The notes under the pieces were generated by a model. It was not told the DNA's origin. It did no database searches and saw only the letters and a program-made list of their open reading frames with translations. Position numbers and translations under genes: made by a program. Of a stretch of 64,000 bases of DNA, positions 55,333-63,897 are shown in pieces. Origin of the DNA: Candidatus Woesearchaeota archaeon (lineage in GTDB: Archaea > Nanobdellota > Nanobdellia > Pacearchaeales > GW2011-AR1); contig CAZHOH010000004.1 in the NCBI GenBank assembly GCA_964534185.1, positions 17,438 to 81,437 of the forward strand, read 5' to 3'. Position 1 is the stretch's first letter. Each line of letters starts with the position of its first letter.

Positions 55333-56019
55333 TTAGTCGTATTTTTCAAAATGTATGTTTTCTTTTTGTATGTTGTTTTTTTCTAGGAGGGTTTTTACTT
55401 CATTTACCATTTCTTTTAATCCGCAGATGTAGAATTCAGTTTCAGGATTTAAGTGATTTTTCAATAGTGTTTGGACTCTGCCTTTGTGTCCTTTGAAGTT
55501 TTTTGATGGGCGGCTGATTATTGGCAGGTAGATAAAATTTGCGTGTTTTAGTTGGAGTTCTTTGAATTCTTTGTCATATAGGATTTCGTTTTCGTATCTG
55601 TAGCCTGCTATTAGGATTATTTGTTTTTTGAAATTGTTTTTTAGTAGGTGATTGATTGCTGATTTGAAAGGTGCTACGCCTGTTCCATTTGATATGAAAA
55701 CTGCTGGATTTTCTGGCTGGATTTTGAAATGTCCTAACGGGCCTAGGAGGTTTATTGTGTCTTTGGGCTTTAGGTTTTTTAGTGTTGAGGTGAATATTCC
55801 GTTTTTGACTATTTTGATGCAAAGTTCTAAATCTTGATTTTGTTGGGAGGCGATTGAGTAAGGGCGGATGATTTTTTTATTGTTTGATTCTGAGATTATT
55901 GAAACGTATTGTCCTGGAATAAATTCAAAGTCTTTTGGTGTTTTTAGAACGAGGTTTATTGTATCTTTTGTCAGATTTTGTACTTGTTTTATTTCTGTTT
56001 GAAATTTTTTTGGTTTCAT
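55333..56019 (-). CDS. ferredoxin-NADP reductase-like FAD/NAD(P)-binding oxidoreductase
   Basis: FAD motif RPYSIAS and NAD(P) motif GTGVAPF. 228 aa, with no Fe-S Cys cluster. Confidence 0.7.
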   Translation of the reverse strand: MKPKKFQTEIKQVQNLTKDTINLVLKTPKDFEFIPGQYVSIISESNNKKIIRPYSIASQQNQDLELCIKIVKNGIFTSTLKNLKPKDTINLLGPLGHFKIQPENPAVFISNGTGVAPFKSAINHLLKNNFKKQIILIAGYRYENEILYDKEFKELQLKHANFIYLPIISRPSKNFKGHKGRVQTLLKNHLNPETEFYICGLKEMVNEVKTLLEKNNIQKENIHFEKYD

Positions 56020-56056
56020 AGATAAGACTTAAATAGTTAACACTCTTAAAGATTTT

Positions 56057-56422
56057 ATGGTTAAGTTAATGCCGCAGGAATTAGAAGTTTGGTATCTTTT
56101 GCCTGCTCTTCGAAAGAATTTGTCAAGGATACTTATAGAAAAGCATGGATTAAAACAAAAACAAGTTGCTAGTTTGCTTGGAGTTACAGAGTCTGCTGTT
56201 TCGCAGTATTTGAAATCTAAAAGGGCGAATGAATTGAAGTTTACAAAAGATGAGATGAAAGAGATTGAAAGATTTTCTGATGAAATTGTGAAAGGTAAGG
56301 ATGTTTCTGAGGAGGTTTATAGATTGTCTTTGAAATTAAGAGGGACGAAAAGTTTGTGTGAGTGGCATAAAAAACATGATAAGTCTGTGCCGCATGATTG
56401 TAAGATTTGTAATGGGAGTTAA
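56057..56422 (+). CDS. HTH (XRE-like) transcriptional regulator with C-terminal Cys/His metal site
   Basis: QVASLLGVTESAVSQYLKSKR HTH. The C-terminus is C..H..C.IC. Confidence 0.55.
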   Translation: MVKLMPQELEVWYLLPALRKNLSRILIEKHGLKQKQVASLLGVTESAVSQYLKSKRANELKFTKDEMKEIERFSDEIVKGKDVSEEVYRLSLKLRGTKSLCEWHKKHDKSVPHDCKICNGS

Positions 56423-56751
56423 TTTTTCATATCATCTATTTTTGCAGCTTCTATAAAATCATTTTTGCTGAGTCCGCCTATTGCGTGTGTTGAGAGTGTG
56501 ATTGTGACTTTTTTGTAATCGTGGAGGTGGATGTCTGGGTGGTGGTCTTCTGATTCTGCGATTTCTCCGACGCGATTTATGAATTCTAAAGCTTCTAAGA
56601 AATTATTAAGTATGAATTCTTTTTTTATTGAGCTGTTATCAGGTGTTACCTGCCAGTCTTTAATCTGTTTCAAATGTTCTTCTATTTCTTCTTTTTCAAA
56701 AGGTCTTTCATAACCTTCGCATGCTTCGCATTTTTTATCTTTTAAGTTCAT
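56419..56751 (-). CDS. pterin-4a-carbinolamine dehydratase (PCD/DCoH)
   Basis: Signature EDHHPDIHL (E-x-HHP) plus KVTITLSTH. 110 aa. Confidence 0.75.
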   Translation of the reverse strand: MNLKDKKCEACEGYERPFEKEEIEEHLKQIKDWQVTPDNSSIKKEFILNNFLEALEFINRVGEIAESEDHHPDIHLHDYKKVTITLSTHAIGGLSKNDFIEAAKIDDMKN

Positions 56752-56785
56752 AGTGTAGGAAATGAGGGGTTTTATTTATAATTTG

Positions 56786-57826
56786 TTATTCGTTAGGCAA
56801 CATTTTTCTTGAGCAATAATCTCCTGAGGTGTAATCTTGATTTTTTGTTGCTAGTTCGAAGAATTTTGGAAAGTCGATGAAAGATTTCTTTTTTAATGAT
56901 TTTTTCATTAATAGGAAAGCCCTTGAAGGGATGTGCTGTCGGACGTATTCGTATTCTGGAAGGTGTTTTAAAAGTTTGTCTGAGAATTCTTTCATTTCTT
57001 TCATGCCAGGCATGTTATCTCTTTTATAATACTTTTGACTTGCACCCACCCACATATAGGATTTTAGTTCTAAAAAATCTGGCTCGCCTCTTTTTATTAA
57101 TTCTGCATATTCTTTAAACTTTGACATATTTTCTTTTTTAATTAATGAAAGTCTTATGCAAGTTCTGTATTTTCTTGTTTTTAGTAAGTCAAGTGCTTTG
57201 AGCATTCTTTCCCAGTAATCGTCGAATAATGGACGGTCGATTTTTTTGAGGAGAGGTTTTGTTGGGGCGTCTATGCTTAAATATAATTGGGTTACGTGAT
57301 TTATTTTTTCAATTTGCTCTGGGAATTGAGCGTTTGTTACAAGGAAAGTTGAGATTTTGTTTTTGTGAAAATCATTAAGTATTTCATTTATTTTTGGGTA
57401 GGTGATTGGTTCGCCTGTTAGTGAAAGTGCGACGTGTCTTACGTTTTTCATTTCTTTTACTTTTTCTTTGTCGTGGTTTTCATACCCTTTTCCTTTGAAG
57501 CCTTGTAATAAGTCTTGGTGGGCTTTTAGTGAGCCTTTTATTATGTCTTTTGGAGAATCTGTTTTTCCGTACCATGTTTTTGATACCGGGGCTTTTAGTC
57601 CGCGCCAACAGAAAGTACAACGTGATGCGCAATACATTGAAGTTGTCATCTGCATGCATTGGTGACTTCTTATTCCGTAGAAAACATATTTGTAACATCC
57701 ACCTCTTCCGCGAATCATATTTTTTGTCCAGCCGCAGGTTTTTACAGATGAATGACTTCCAACCATTCTATAGCCCTGTTTTTCTAAAAGTTTTTTCTGT
57801 CCACTTAACAATTGTTCATTTTTCAT
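56786..57826 (-). CDS. taw1: 4-demethylwyosine synthase Taw1 (TYW1 radical SAM)
   Basis: HQCMQMTTSMYCASRCTFCWR carries the radical-SAM CxxxCxxC motif and upstream auxiliary-cluster Cys. Length of 346 aa is typical of archaeal Taw1. Confidence 0.7.
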   Translation of the reverse strand: MKNEQLLSGQKKLLEKQGYRMVGSHSSVKTCGWTKNMIRGRGGCYKYVFYGIRSHQCMQMTTSMYCASRCTFCWRGLKAPVSKTWYGKTDSPKDIIKGSLKAHQDLLQGFKGKGYENHDKEKVKEMKNVRHVALSLTGEPITYPKINEILNDFHKNKISTFLVTNAQFPEQIEKINHVTQLYLSIDAPTKPLLKKIDRPLFDDYWERMLKALDLLKTRKYRTCIRLSLIKKENMSKFKEYAELIKRGEPDFLELKSYMWVGASQKYYKRDNMPGMKEMKEFSDKLLKHLPEYEYVRQHIPSRAFLLMKKSLKKKSFIDFPKFFELATKNQDYTSGDYCSRKMLPNE

Positions 57827-57905
57827 AAGTTTTTGAAGGGGCGGGGTTTTATAATGTTTTTGTTATTACATAAATATTTAAAAATGCTTATTTTCTTGAG
57901 AGATT

Positions 57906-58175
57906 ATGATGGATGAACGAGAATATGTTGGATTATATATTGCTGGTGAAAGTGAGCCAGTTGGAATTATAAGAAAAGACTATAGGGTTAAAGTAATAGA
58001 TCCAGGTATTTTTCCAGGGACTCAATGGACAAGAGAATTAACACCCGAGCAAAAACAACAAATTGGAAGAGATTTGATGAATAGTCAAAGAGGAATTGAA
58101 GAAGTTTCTGGAAATTATAATATTAGATTGCGTCCTCATACAGGAGCACCAATAATTATAAGGGAAAATGATTGA
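57906..58175 (+). CDS. hypothetical protein
   Basis: 89 aa. Unrecognised. Confidence 0.3.
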   Translation: MMDEREYVGLYIAGESEPVGIIRKDYRVKVIDPGIFPGTQWTRELTPEQKQQIGRDLMNSQRGIEEVSGNYNIRLRPHTGAPIIIREND

Positions 58176-58285
58176 ACTATAATTTAATGCAAGAATTCTA
58201 AAATATCACTTACTGTTGAAATTGTGTGTGTTGGCATTCCTGTTTGTTCGTTTGGAGCTTCATGAGAGTATTCTCCTCTGTTAAT

Positions 58286-58507
58286 CTAATATGTTTCGCA
58301 GCCTAAGATGTTTCCTGCTTGTATTCCTCTTATTGTTCTGTCATCGACAATTGCTATTTGCTCTGGTTTTAACCCTCTTTCTTCTAAAAAATCTTCATAA
58401 TCTTGGATTCTTTTTGTCCTTGATATTTTTATTGCACTAAAGTAATGCATGACTCCTGAATCTCTAATTTCTTCATATCTTTTCTCAGAATTTGCAAGGC
58501 TGAGCAA
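58286..58507 (-). pseudogene. HAD-hydrolase C-terminal fragment (likely gene remnant)
   Basis: IAIVDDRTIRGIQAGNILG resembles HAD motif IV. There is no N-terminal DxD motif. The in-frame upstream sequence hits a stop beside an inverted repeat. The tracked start is TTG. Confidence 0.35.
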
Positions 58508-58567
58508 TGTAGATTTACAATCTCTGTTTTGAAGTTCAATTAATGTTTGTAAAGAATCAGAGAACAG

Positions 58568-58590
58568 CCCTATATTTTTTTAGTATAGGG
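58568..58590. repeat. inverted repeat / hairpin CCCTATA-(9 nt)-TATAGGG
   Basis: Read directly from the sequence: 7-bp perfect stem around a T-rich loop, immediately upstream of the HAD fragment. Confidence 0.4.
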
Positions 58591-58705
58591 TTCCTGTCTA
58601 ATCAAATAAGACTTCTTTTATTTTATTTTGTCTTTGAATTATCACTTTATTTAGAGTATTGTTTATTTAATAAAGATTTTTATAGTCTTGATTTTTATTT
58701 GATGT

Positions 58706-59497
58706 ATGTTTGAACTTAATCGTGATGTTCGCATGGCGAGGCGGGCGTTTAAGAAAGGTGATGTGAAAGAGATGATTGCAGCTCATGAAGGTTATAATAA
58801 ACATAATCACCATAAGACAGGGGGGAAGTATGTTAAGAGTATTGTTTATGGAGGGTTGGATGGAATTATTACTACCTTTGCAGTTGTTGCAGGTGTTGCA
58901 GGGGCAGGGCTTGCTGCAGGTATTGTTTTAATTCTTGGTTTTGCGAATCTGATTGCCGACGGTATTTCAATGGCTGTGGGAGATTATTTGAGTTCAAAAT
59001 CTGAGAAAGAGTATTATGATGCTGAGCGTGAGAGGGAGAAGTGGGAAGTTGATAATTATCCAAAAGGTGAAGAGAAAGAAATGATTGAATTGTACACAAG
59101 GCAAGGTTTGAGTGAAAAAGATGCGAAGTGTATGGTTGAGGTTTTGAAAAAGAATAAAGATGTTTGGATTGATACTATGATGGTTGAAGAATTGAATTTG
59201 ATAAAGAGTGATGAGTCGCCTGTTATGAATGGGATTGTGACTTTTTTTTCATTTGCTTTTTTTGGATTGATTCCTTTACTTGTTTATATTTATTCTTGGT
59301 TTTTTCCAGGAGTTATTTCGAATAATTTTTTGGCGGCGATTGTTTTAACTGGAGTTGCATTGCTTGGTCTTGGGTTTGCAAAAGTTAAGGTTACTGAAAA
59401 GAGCTGGTGGCGGAGTGGGATTGAAACTTTGCTGATTGGTGGAGTGGCGGCTGGGGCTGCTTATTTTGTAGGTTATTTGCTTGGTGGGATTGTGTAG
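58706..59497 (+). CDS. VIT1/CCC1-family iron/manganese transporter
   Basis: GGLDGIITTFAVVAGVAGAG and a second TM cluster at the C-terminus. An N-terminal His-rich cytoplasmic segment is typical of the family. Confidence 0.75.
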   Translation: MFELNRDVRMARRAFKKGDVKEMIAAHEGYNKHNHHKTGGKYVKSIVYGGLDGIITTFAVVAGVAGAGLAAGIVLILGFANLIADGISMAVGDYLSSKSEKEYYDAEREREKWEVDNYPKGEEKEMIELYTRQGLSEKDAKCMVEVLKKNKDVWIDTMMVEELNLIKSDESPVMNGIVTFFSFAFFGLIPLLVYIYSWFFPGVISNNFLAAIVLTGVALLGLGFAKVKVTEKSWWRSGIETLLIGGVAAGAAYFVGYLLGGIV

Positions 59498-59527
59498 TAT
59501 AGAAATATTTATATAAATGGCAAGTGA

Positions 59528-59764
59528 TTGTTTTGTTATATGGAATCATTGAGATTTCCTTTAGAAAATTGTGATGATACTCGAGATCCTTCTATTATTC
59601 TAAATACTTCTGAAGAATTAAGAGATAGTGTTTTTGATTATAAATTAAGACTTAAGGAAATGGAAATGAATGGACCTTCTTTAAGACATTGGGGAGAGAG
59701 GGTTTATGACCAAATTGGAGTTGATTTTATGATAAATCAGCCCCATTATCATTTGAGAAGTTAA
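59528..59764 (+). CDS. hypothetical protein
   Basis: 78 aa. Unrecognised. Confidence 0.3.
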   Translation: MFCYMESLRFPLENCDDTRDPSIILNTSEELRDSVFDYKLRLKEMEMNGPSLRHWGERVYDQIGVDFMINQPHYHLRS

Positions 59765-59812
59765 TTAATCTATTTGGGAAACTTTAATATATTTGTGATG
59801 CTTTAGTTTTTT

Positions 59813-60124
59813 ATGATAAGTAGTTCAATTTTTGATAAGGTGGGGAATTCTGAAGATGGAGAAAAAATTAGAAATATGGCTTTGAGAGAATTAACTTATG
59901 TGCATAATAAGATGAGCAATATTAGAGGTTATATAGGAGTTCCAGGAGATATGTGGTTTAAAGAAGCAAGTAGTTATATGTCAAGACATGATTGGGAATT
60001 AAGTGTGGGGATTTTGGTTAGTACTGGAGAGGTGAGGGTTAAGGAAGATTTGGGAGTTAAGGGATATAAAGGGCGCAAAATTGGTAAAGCTCATTTTAAA
60101 CCTTCATCTAAGAATCTTCATTAA
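59813..60124 (+). CDS. hypothetical protein
   Basis: 103 aa. Unrecognised. Confidence 0.3.
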   Translation: MISSSIFDKVGNSEDGEKIRNMALRELTYVHNKMSNIRGYIGVPGDMWFKEASSYMSRHDWELSVGILVSTGEVRVKEDLGVKGYKGRKIGKAHFKPSSKNLH

Positions 60125-60147
60125 TTCGCAAGTTTTAAAAGTATTCT

Positions 60148-60432
60148 TTGAGAAGTTTAGTTATGGCAAAGCTTACTCGGGTTGATGAGGATGGAAGTGA
60201 AGAAAGTGTTGAGATTGTTGAGGGTGATGAAGTTATAGATGGGGCTGAGGAGTTGGGGGTGCCGTTTGGATGTCAAGATGGGCGGTGTGGTTCTTGTCTT
60301 GCAGAAGTGACTGAAGGCTATGATAACTTATCTGAGATGACTCAGGAAGAATTGGATATGGAGCTTGAAAAGCCGCATAGGTTAATGTGTCAGTGTAAGA
60401 TAAAGAATGGAGAAGTTAAGATTCGATTTTAG
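60148..60432 (+). CDS. [2Fe-2S] ferredoxin-like protein
   Basis: CQDGRCGSC (Cx4Cx2C) plus a downstream Cys pair (LMCQC). 94 aa. Confidence 0.6.
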   Translation: MRSLVMAKLTRVDEDGSEESVEIVEGDEVIDGAEELGVPFGCQDGRCGSCLAEVTEGYDNLSEMTQEELDMELEKPHRLMCQCKIKNGEVKIRF

Positions 60433-60466
60433 AAAAATATAAAAGTGGTGAGATATTAGGTTTTTT

Positions 60467-60697
60467 ATGGAAAAAGACATTGGAAAATTAAGGAAGAATG
60501 AGAATACTGAGATTGTGGTTCGGGTTGATGACTTTGGAGGTAAGCCAGGTTTGACGATTCGGGAGTTTGTTACAGGTGACAGGTATACTGGTTTTACAAA
60601 AGCTGGGACACGAATTGCGAAGGAAAATTTTGAGCAGTTTAAAGAGATGATCAATTCTATTGAAGAGGGTGATTTTGAAAGTGAAGAATCTTCTTAA
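60467..60697 (+). CDS. PC4/YdbC-like ssDNA-binding transcriptional coactivator
   Basis: 76 aa. IVVRVDDFGGKPGLTIREFVTGDRYTGFTKAGTRIAKENFEQF matches the PC4-fold pattern. Confidence 0.5.
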   Translation: MEKDIGKLRKNENTEIVVRVDDFGGKPGLTIREFVTGDRYTGFTKAGTRIAKENFEQFKEMINSIEEGDFESEESS

Positions 60698-61151
60698 AGA
60701 TATGAGGGAGAATTGGGAAGTTTTGGCTGGTTCGTTTATTGTGGTTTATTTTACTGCTTTTGTAGGTAGTTTGTTTACTGATATTGGTAATTGGTATGAA
60801 AGTGTGCGTCCTGCGATAACTCCGCCCAATTATGTTTTTCCGGTTGTTTGGAATATCTTGTTTTTTATGATTGCTTTATCTTTGTTTTTTGCTTATATTT
60901 CTGGGAAGAAGAGAAAGTTAGTGGTTTTAGTTTATGGGATTAACTTGGTTTTGAATGGGTTTTGGAGTTATCTGTTTTTTGGTTTACAAAAGCCAGGTTT
61001 GGCTTTTTATGGGCTGATTGCTTTATGGTTTTCAATTTTGTGGATGATTTTTGTTGTGTGGAGGATTGATAAGAAATTTGTATGGCTTCTTGTGCCTTAT
61101 TTGTTGTGGGTTGGTTTTGCAGGATATCTTAATTATTTAATTGCTTTCTAA
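60660..61151 (+). CDS. tspO: TspO/MBR family (tryptophan-rich sensory protein)
   Basis: Five TM helices with Trp-rich motifs (PPNYVFPVVWNILFFMIAL, NGFWSYLFFGLQKPGLAF). Confidence 0.75.
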   Translation: MKRVILKVKNLLKDMRENWEVLAGSFIVVYFTAFVGSLFTDIGNWYESVRPAITPPNYVFPVVWNILFFMIALSLFFAYISGKKRKLVVLVYGINLVLNGFWSYLFFGLQKPGLAFYGLIALWFSILWMIFVVWRIDKKFVWLLVPYLLWVGFAGYLNYLIAF

Positions 61152-61883
61152 TTCTTCTAAGGCTTTTGTTGGGTTGGATGCTTCTTTTATGTTGATTAAA
61201 GGCTGGTTTATTGAAGTTATGTCATCTGTTCCTATTCGCGGGCAGGATGTGTTAACCCAGGCTTTTATGAAAGGATAGTTTTCTAAAAGTGATAAGTCTA
61301 AAGTGTCGTCTATGAAAATGTATGCTTTTTTGTTTTGTTTTTGTAAATGTTTTTTTAGGTTTTTTGCTGTGTTGAGATATTGCTGTCCGGGTTTTGTTGT
61401 TACTAAAATTCCGATTGTGTCTGCGTTTATGAACATTTTTAGATTTCTTTTCATTTTTTGGATTTGTGCTTGGATTGTTGATTTGTCTATGATTGACATT
61501 TGTTTTGATATTGGGTCGTAGATTAGGATTGGTTTCACGGTTCTGTTTTTTGATTGTGCTAATAGGAGTGCTTTTGGGTGGAATAATCCGTCCCCTATGT
61601 AAATTGTTAAGTCTGAAGCTGTTATTATGTCGTCTTCAAAAGAATCGTGATAGGCGTCGCATCCAAGGATTTGCATTTCATTGCTTGTTCGTTTTGCTTT
61701 TGTTGTCTTTAGTTCTATTTTTAGTTCTTCAAGTTGTTTTTTTATTTCTTTGATTTCTGTGAATTGAGTTGCTGCGAAAATTGCGATTGATTTTATTTTA
61801 TTTTTTTTTAGGTAGTTTAGGACTTCGTCTGTGAATTTTATTTCTCCTAAGTATTTTGCGTCGATGAAAATTTGTCGTGTCAT
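61137..61883 (-). CDS. dph2: diphthamide synthesis protein Dph2, C-terminal two domains (split gene, part 2)
   Basis: Aligns by eye to domains 2-3 of P. horikoshii Dph2: ILGCDAY (2nd cluster Cys), IYIGDGLFHP, ILVTTKPGQ, and WVNTSCPRIGTDD (3rd cluster Cys, the ACPR motif). Confidence 0.7.
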   Translation of the reverse strand: MTRQIFIDAKYLGEIKFTDEVLNYLKKNKIKSIAIFAATQFTEIKEIKKQLEELKIELKTTKAKRTSNEMQILGCDAYHDSFEDDIITASDLTIYIGDGLFHPKALLLAQSKNRTVKPILIYDPISKQMSIIDKSTIQAQIQKMKRNLKMFINADTIGILVTTKPGQQYLNTAKNLKKHLQKQNKKAYIFIDDTLDLSLLENYPFIKAWVNTSCPRIGTDDITSINQPLINIKEASNPTKALEELESN

Positions 61884-62176
61884 TATAAGTACACTCCTTG
61901 AAGTTTGTTTATTAATGTAAGTGTCATTTCTTCTCTTTGAGATTTAAGTCCTTCTAAAGTTGCATTTTCTATATCTACATTTCCATATTCTTCTATATGT
62001 TCTTCAAAATGTTCTATTAAGAGGGTTGTTTTTCTGTATATTTCTAAGTAAAGTTCATAATTTAATTGAGATGGTTTTCCTATTTCTGGATTCATTAATT
62101 GAGTAAACAAAAATAGTCTATCTAAGTCTTCGGTTATTTTTTCAATTTTTTCTTTTGATTCTTGTTCTGTTTTCAT
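61883..62176 (-). CDS. hypothetical protein (97 aa) inserted between dph2 halves
   Basis: Start MKTEQESKEK overlaps the LMW-PTP stop (ATGA). Its stop overlaps the dph2-C start by 1 nt. Confidence 0.45.
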   Translation of the reverse strand: MKTEQESKEKIEKITEDLDRLFLFTQLMNPEIGKPSQLNYELYLEIYRKTTLLIEHFEEHIEEYGNVDIENATLEGLKSQREEMTLTLINKLQGVYL

Positions 62177-62589
62177 TTTTCTGAAAATTCTGATAAAATT
62201 TTTTGTTTTATTTGTTCTCTTATTTGTTTTGTTCTTTCTAAATCTGCAGTTTTTGGATCTTCTATTTCCCAATAAATTGCTTTTGATGAATTTTTTAAGT
62301 AATTGGGTATTGTTTCTGGCTCTGCCATTACAATTATTTTATCATATTCGGTTATCATGTTTTCAGTTAATTGTTGGGGCATATTTTTTGATAAGTTAAT
62401 TCCTTCTTCAGCCATGGCTTCTAGAAGTATCTCTGTTCCTTTTATTTGGCCTAATGTTGATTTACTTCTTTCTTTAGTTACTTTTGTTCCTACTGAATCT
62501 GCTTGATTAGGATAAAAGCTATTATGATATGCTTCTGCCATCTGACTTCTTCCTATGTTTGCCCTACATACATATAATATTTTTACCAT
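62173..62589 (-). CDS. low-molecular-weight protein-tyrosine phosphatase / ArsC-like (CX5R P-loop)
   Basis: ILYVCRANIGRSQMAEAY is the LMW-PTP/ArsC P-loop. Start placed at ATG 62589, overlapping the stop of the dph2-N fragment (gaATGgtaa). The longer tracked ORF (62697) would overlap dph2-N. Confidence 0.7.
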   Translation of the reverse strand: MVKILYVCRANIGRSQMAEAYHNSFYPNQADSVGTKVTKERSKSTLGQIKGTEILLEAMAEEGINLSKNMPQQLTENMITEYDKIIVMAEPETIPNYLKNSSKAIYWEIEDPKTADLERTKQIREQIKQKILSEFSEK

Positions 62590-62846
62590 TCTTTTGTTTT
62601 CCAGTATCGGTTGTGTCCGAATTGGATTGCTAAGTCGATTTTTAGGTTGCTGAGTCCGAGGGGGAGGTCGCATGCACCAAAGCAACTTCCGAACCAAAGA
62701 AATGCTTGTGCGGATGTTTCTTTTTCTATTTTGTCGATAACTTTGTCTGCTTGGTTTTTTAGGCCGTCAGGTAGCTGGATTAAAACTTGCTTTGCGCCTT
62801 GTTTTTTTATTTCGCTTACAACTTTATCTAATTCTAAATCATACAT
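62583..62846 (-). CDS. dph2: Dph2 N-terminal domain (split gene, part 1)
   Basis: KQGAKQVLIQLPDGLK and GSCFGACD (first cluster Cys) followed by IQFGH match Dph2 domain 1. The ORF stops right at the domain 1/2 boundary. Confidence 0.7.
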   Translation of the reverse strand: MYDLELDKVVSEIKKQGAKQVLIQLPDGLKNQADKVIDKIEKETSAQAFLWFGSCFGACDLPLGLSNLKIDLAIQFGHNRYWKTKEW

Positions 62847-62926
62847 GTTATTACTCTTTATTGAGGATTTTAAAATGTTTTGATAAGAAGAATAATCTTT
62901 AAATTTAGTCTTTTATAGTTTATTTT

Positions 62927-63295
62927 ATGTTATCAGAAGGAGATATATTAAGAATAACGCTTCAAGAAGCTGTTGGTGAAGGGAGAAGGATATTTAATGA
63001 AGGTCTTAATTTAATGAATGAAGGAGATAAAGAGCTTGCAGAAGCAAGATTTCTAACTTGTTTTGGAATTTATAAAACTGCGAATTATGGTGAAGGACTA
63101 AATTATTGTGAAAAGGTCTTAGAAAAATTAGGAGTTTCGATTTATCAAGAGATTAGAAAACATTCTTATTATAGTGATTTTATGAAGAGGACATCTGATA
63201 AAGTAATTGATGTATGTGAAGATAATATTCGAAATGGAAGGAATCAAGAGGTAGTGTCTATAGGAGATATGGTTTTTGTTCGGGAAGTTATTTGA
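62927..63295 (+). CDS. hypothetical protein
   Basis: 122 aa. Unrecognised. Confidence 0.35.
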   Translation: MLSEGDILRITLQEAVGEGRRIFNEGLNLMNEGDKELAEARFLTCFGIYKTANYGEGLNYCEKVLEKLGVSIYQEIRKHSYYSDFMKRTSDKVIDVCEDNIRNGRNQEVVSIGDMVFVREVI

Positions 63296-63375
63296 AGAGA
63301 TTGTTTAATTCTTTAGATTTTATTTCAAGATAAATTTATAATGTTTAATGTTTTATTATAAGAAATTAGGATTAA

Positions 63376-63897
63376 ATGAAGAAACCAAATAGGATTTATA
63401 TTATTGGCACTGCAGGTTCTGGGAAGAGTTGGTTAGCTGGTGTTTTGTCTGAGAAACTTAGTATTTCTAATTATGATTTGGATGATGTTTATTGGATTAG
63501 GAAATATACTAAAAAAAGAAGTGAGAATAGTAGATTGAACAAAATTAAATTGTTGATTGGAAAAAGAAAATGGATTTTAGAGGGAGTTTATGGTTCTTGG
63601 ATTGATGAAGCTATTAAAAAAGCTGATTTAGTTATTTGGTTAGACCCTCCATTTAGGGTTTTGTCTTGGAGGATTTTTCTTCGACATTTGAAAAGAAAAA
63701 TTAATGGAGGATCTGGAGATACGTTGAAAGGAACTTTTGGACTTGTTAAATATGCCGGACGTTATAAAAAGAAAAGTAATGAAGAGACTTCAAGTTATAA
63801 AGGCCATAAAGCAATAATTGAAAAACATAAAGTCAATTTTGTGGTGATTCGAAATAAGAAGCAAATGAAGAAATTTTTAGGTAGCTTTTCTGATTAA
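63376..63897 (+). CDS. P-loop kinase-like ATPase (topology-modulation protein FlaR / adenylate-kinase-related family)
   Basis: IYIIGTAGSGKSWLAGVLSEKLSI..YDLDDVYW closely matches FlaR-type small kinases. Confidence 0.6.
   Translation: MKKPNRIYIIGTAGSGKSWLAGVLSEKLSISNYDLDDVYWIRKYTKKRSENSRLNKIKLLIGKRKWILEGVYGSWIDEAIKKADLVIWLDPPFRVLSWRIFLRHLKRKINGGSGDTLKGTFGLVKYAGRYKKKSNEETSSYKGHKAIIEKHKVNFVVIRNKKQMKKFLGSFSD

Noticed and set aside
62590-62697. Longer 174-aa version of the LMW-PTP ORF
   Set aside because: Its N-terminal 36 aa (MVRKLLWCMRPPPRTQQPKN…) are the out-of-frame image of the Dph2 N-domain ORF. The internal ATG at 62589 gives a canonical LMW-PTP N-terminus and a coupled gaATGgtaa junction.
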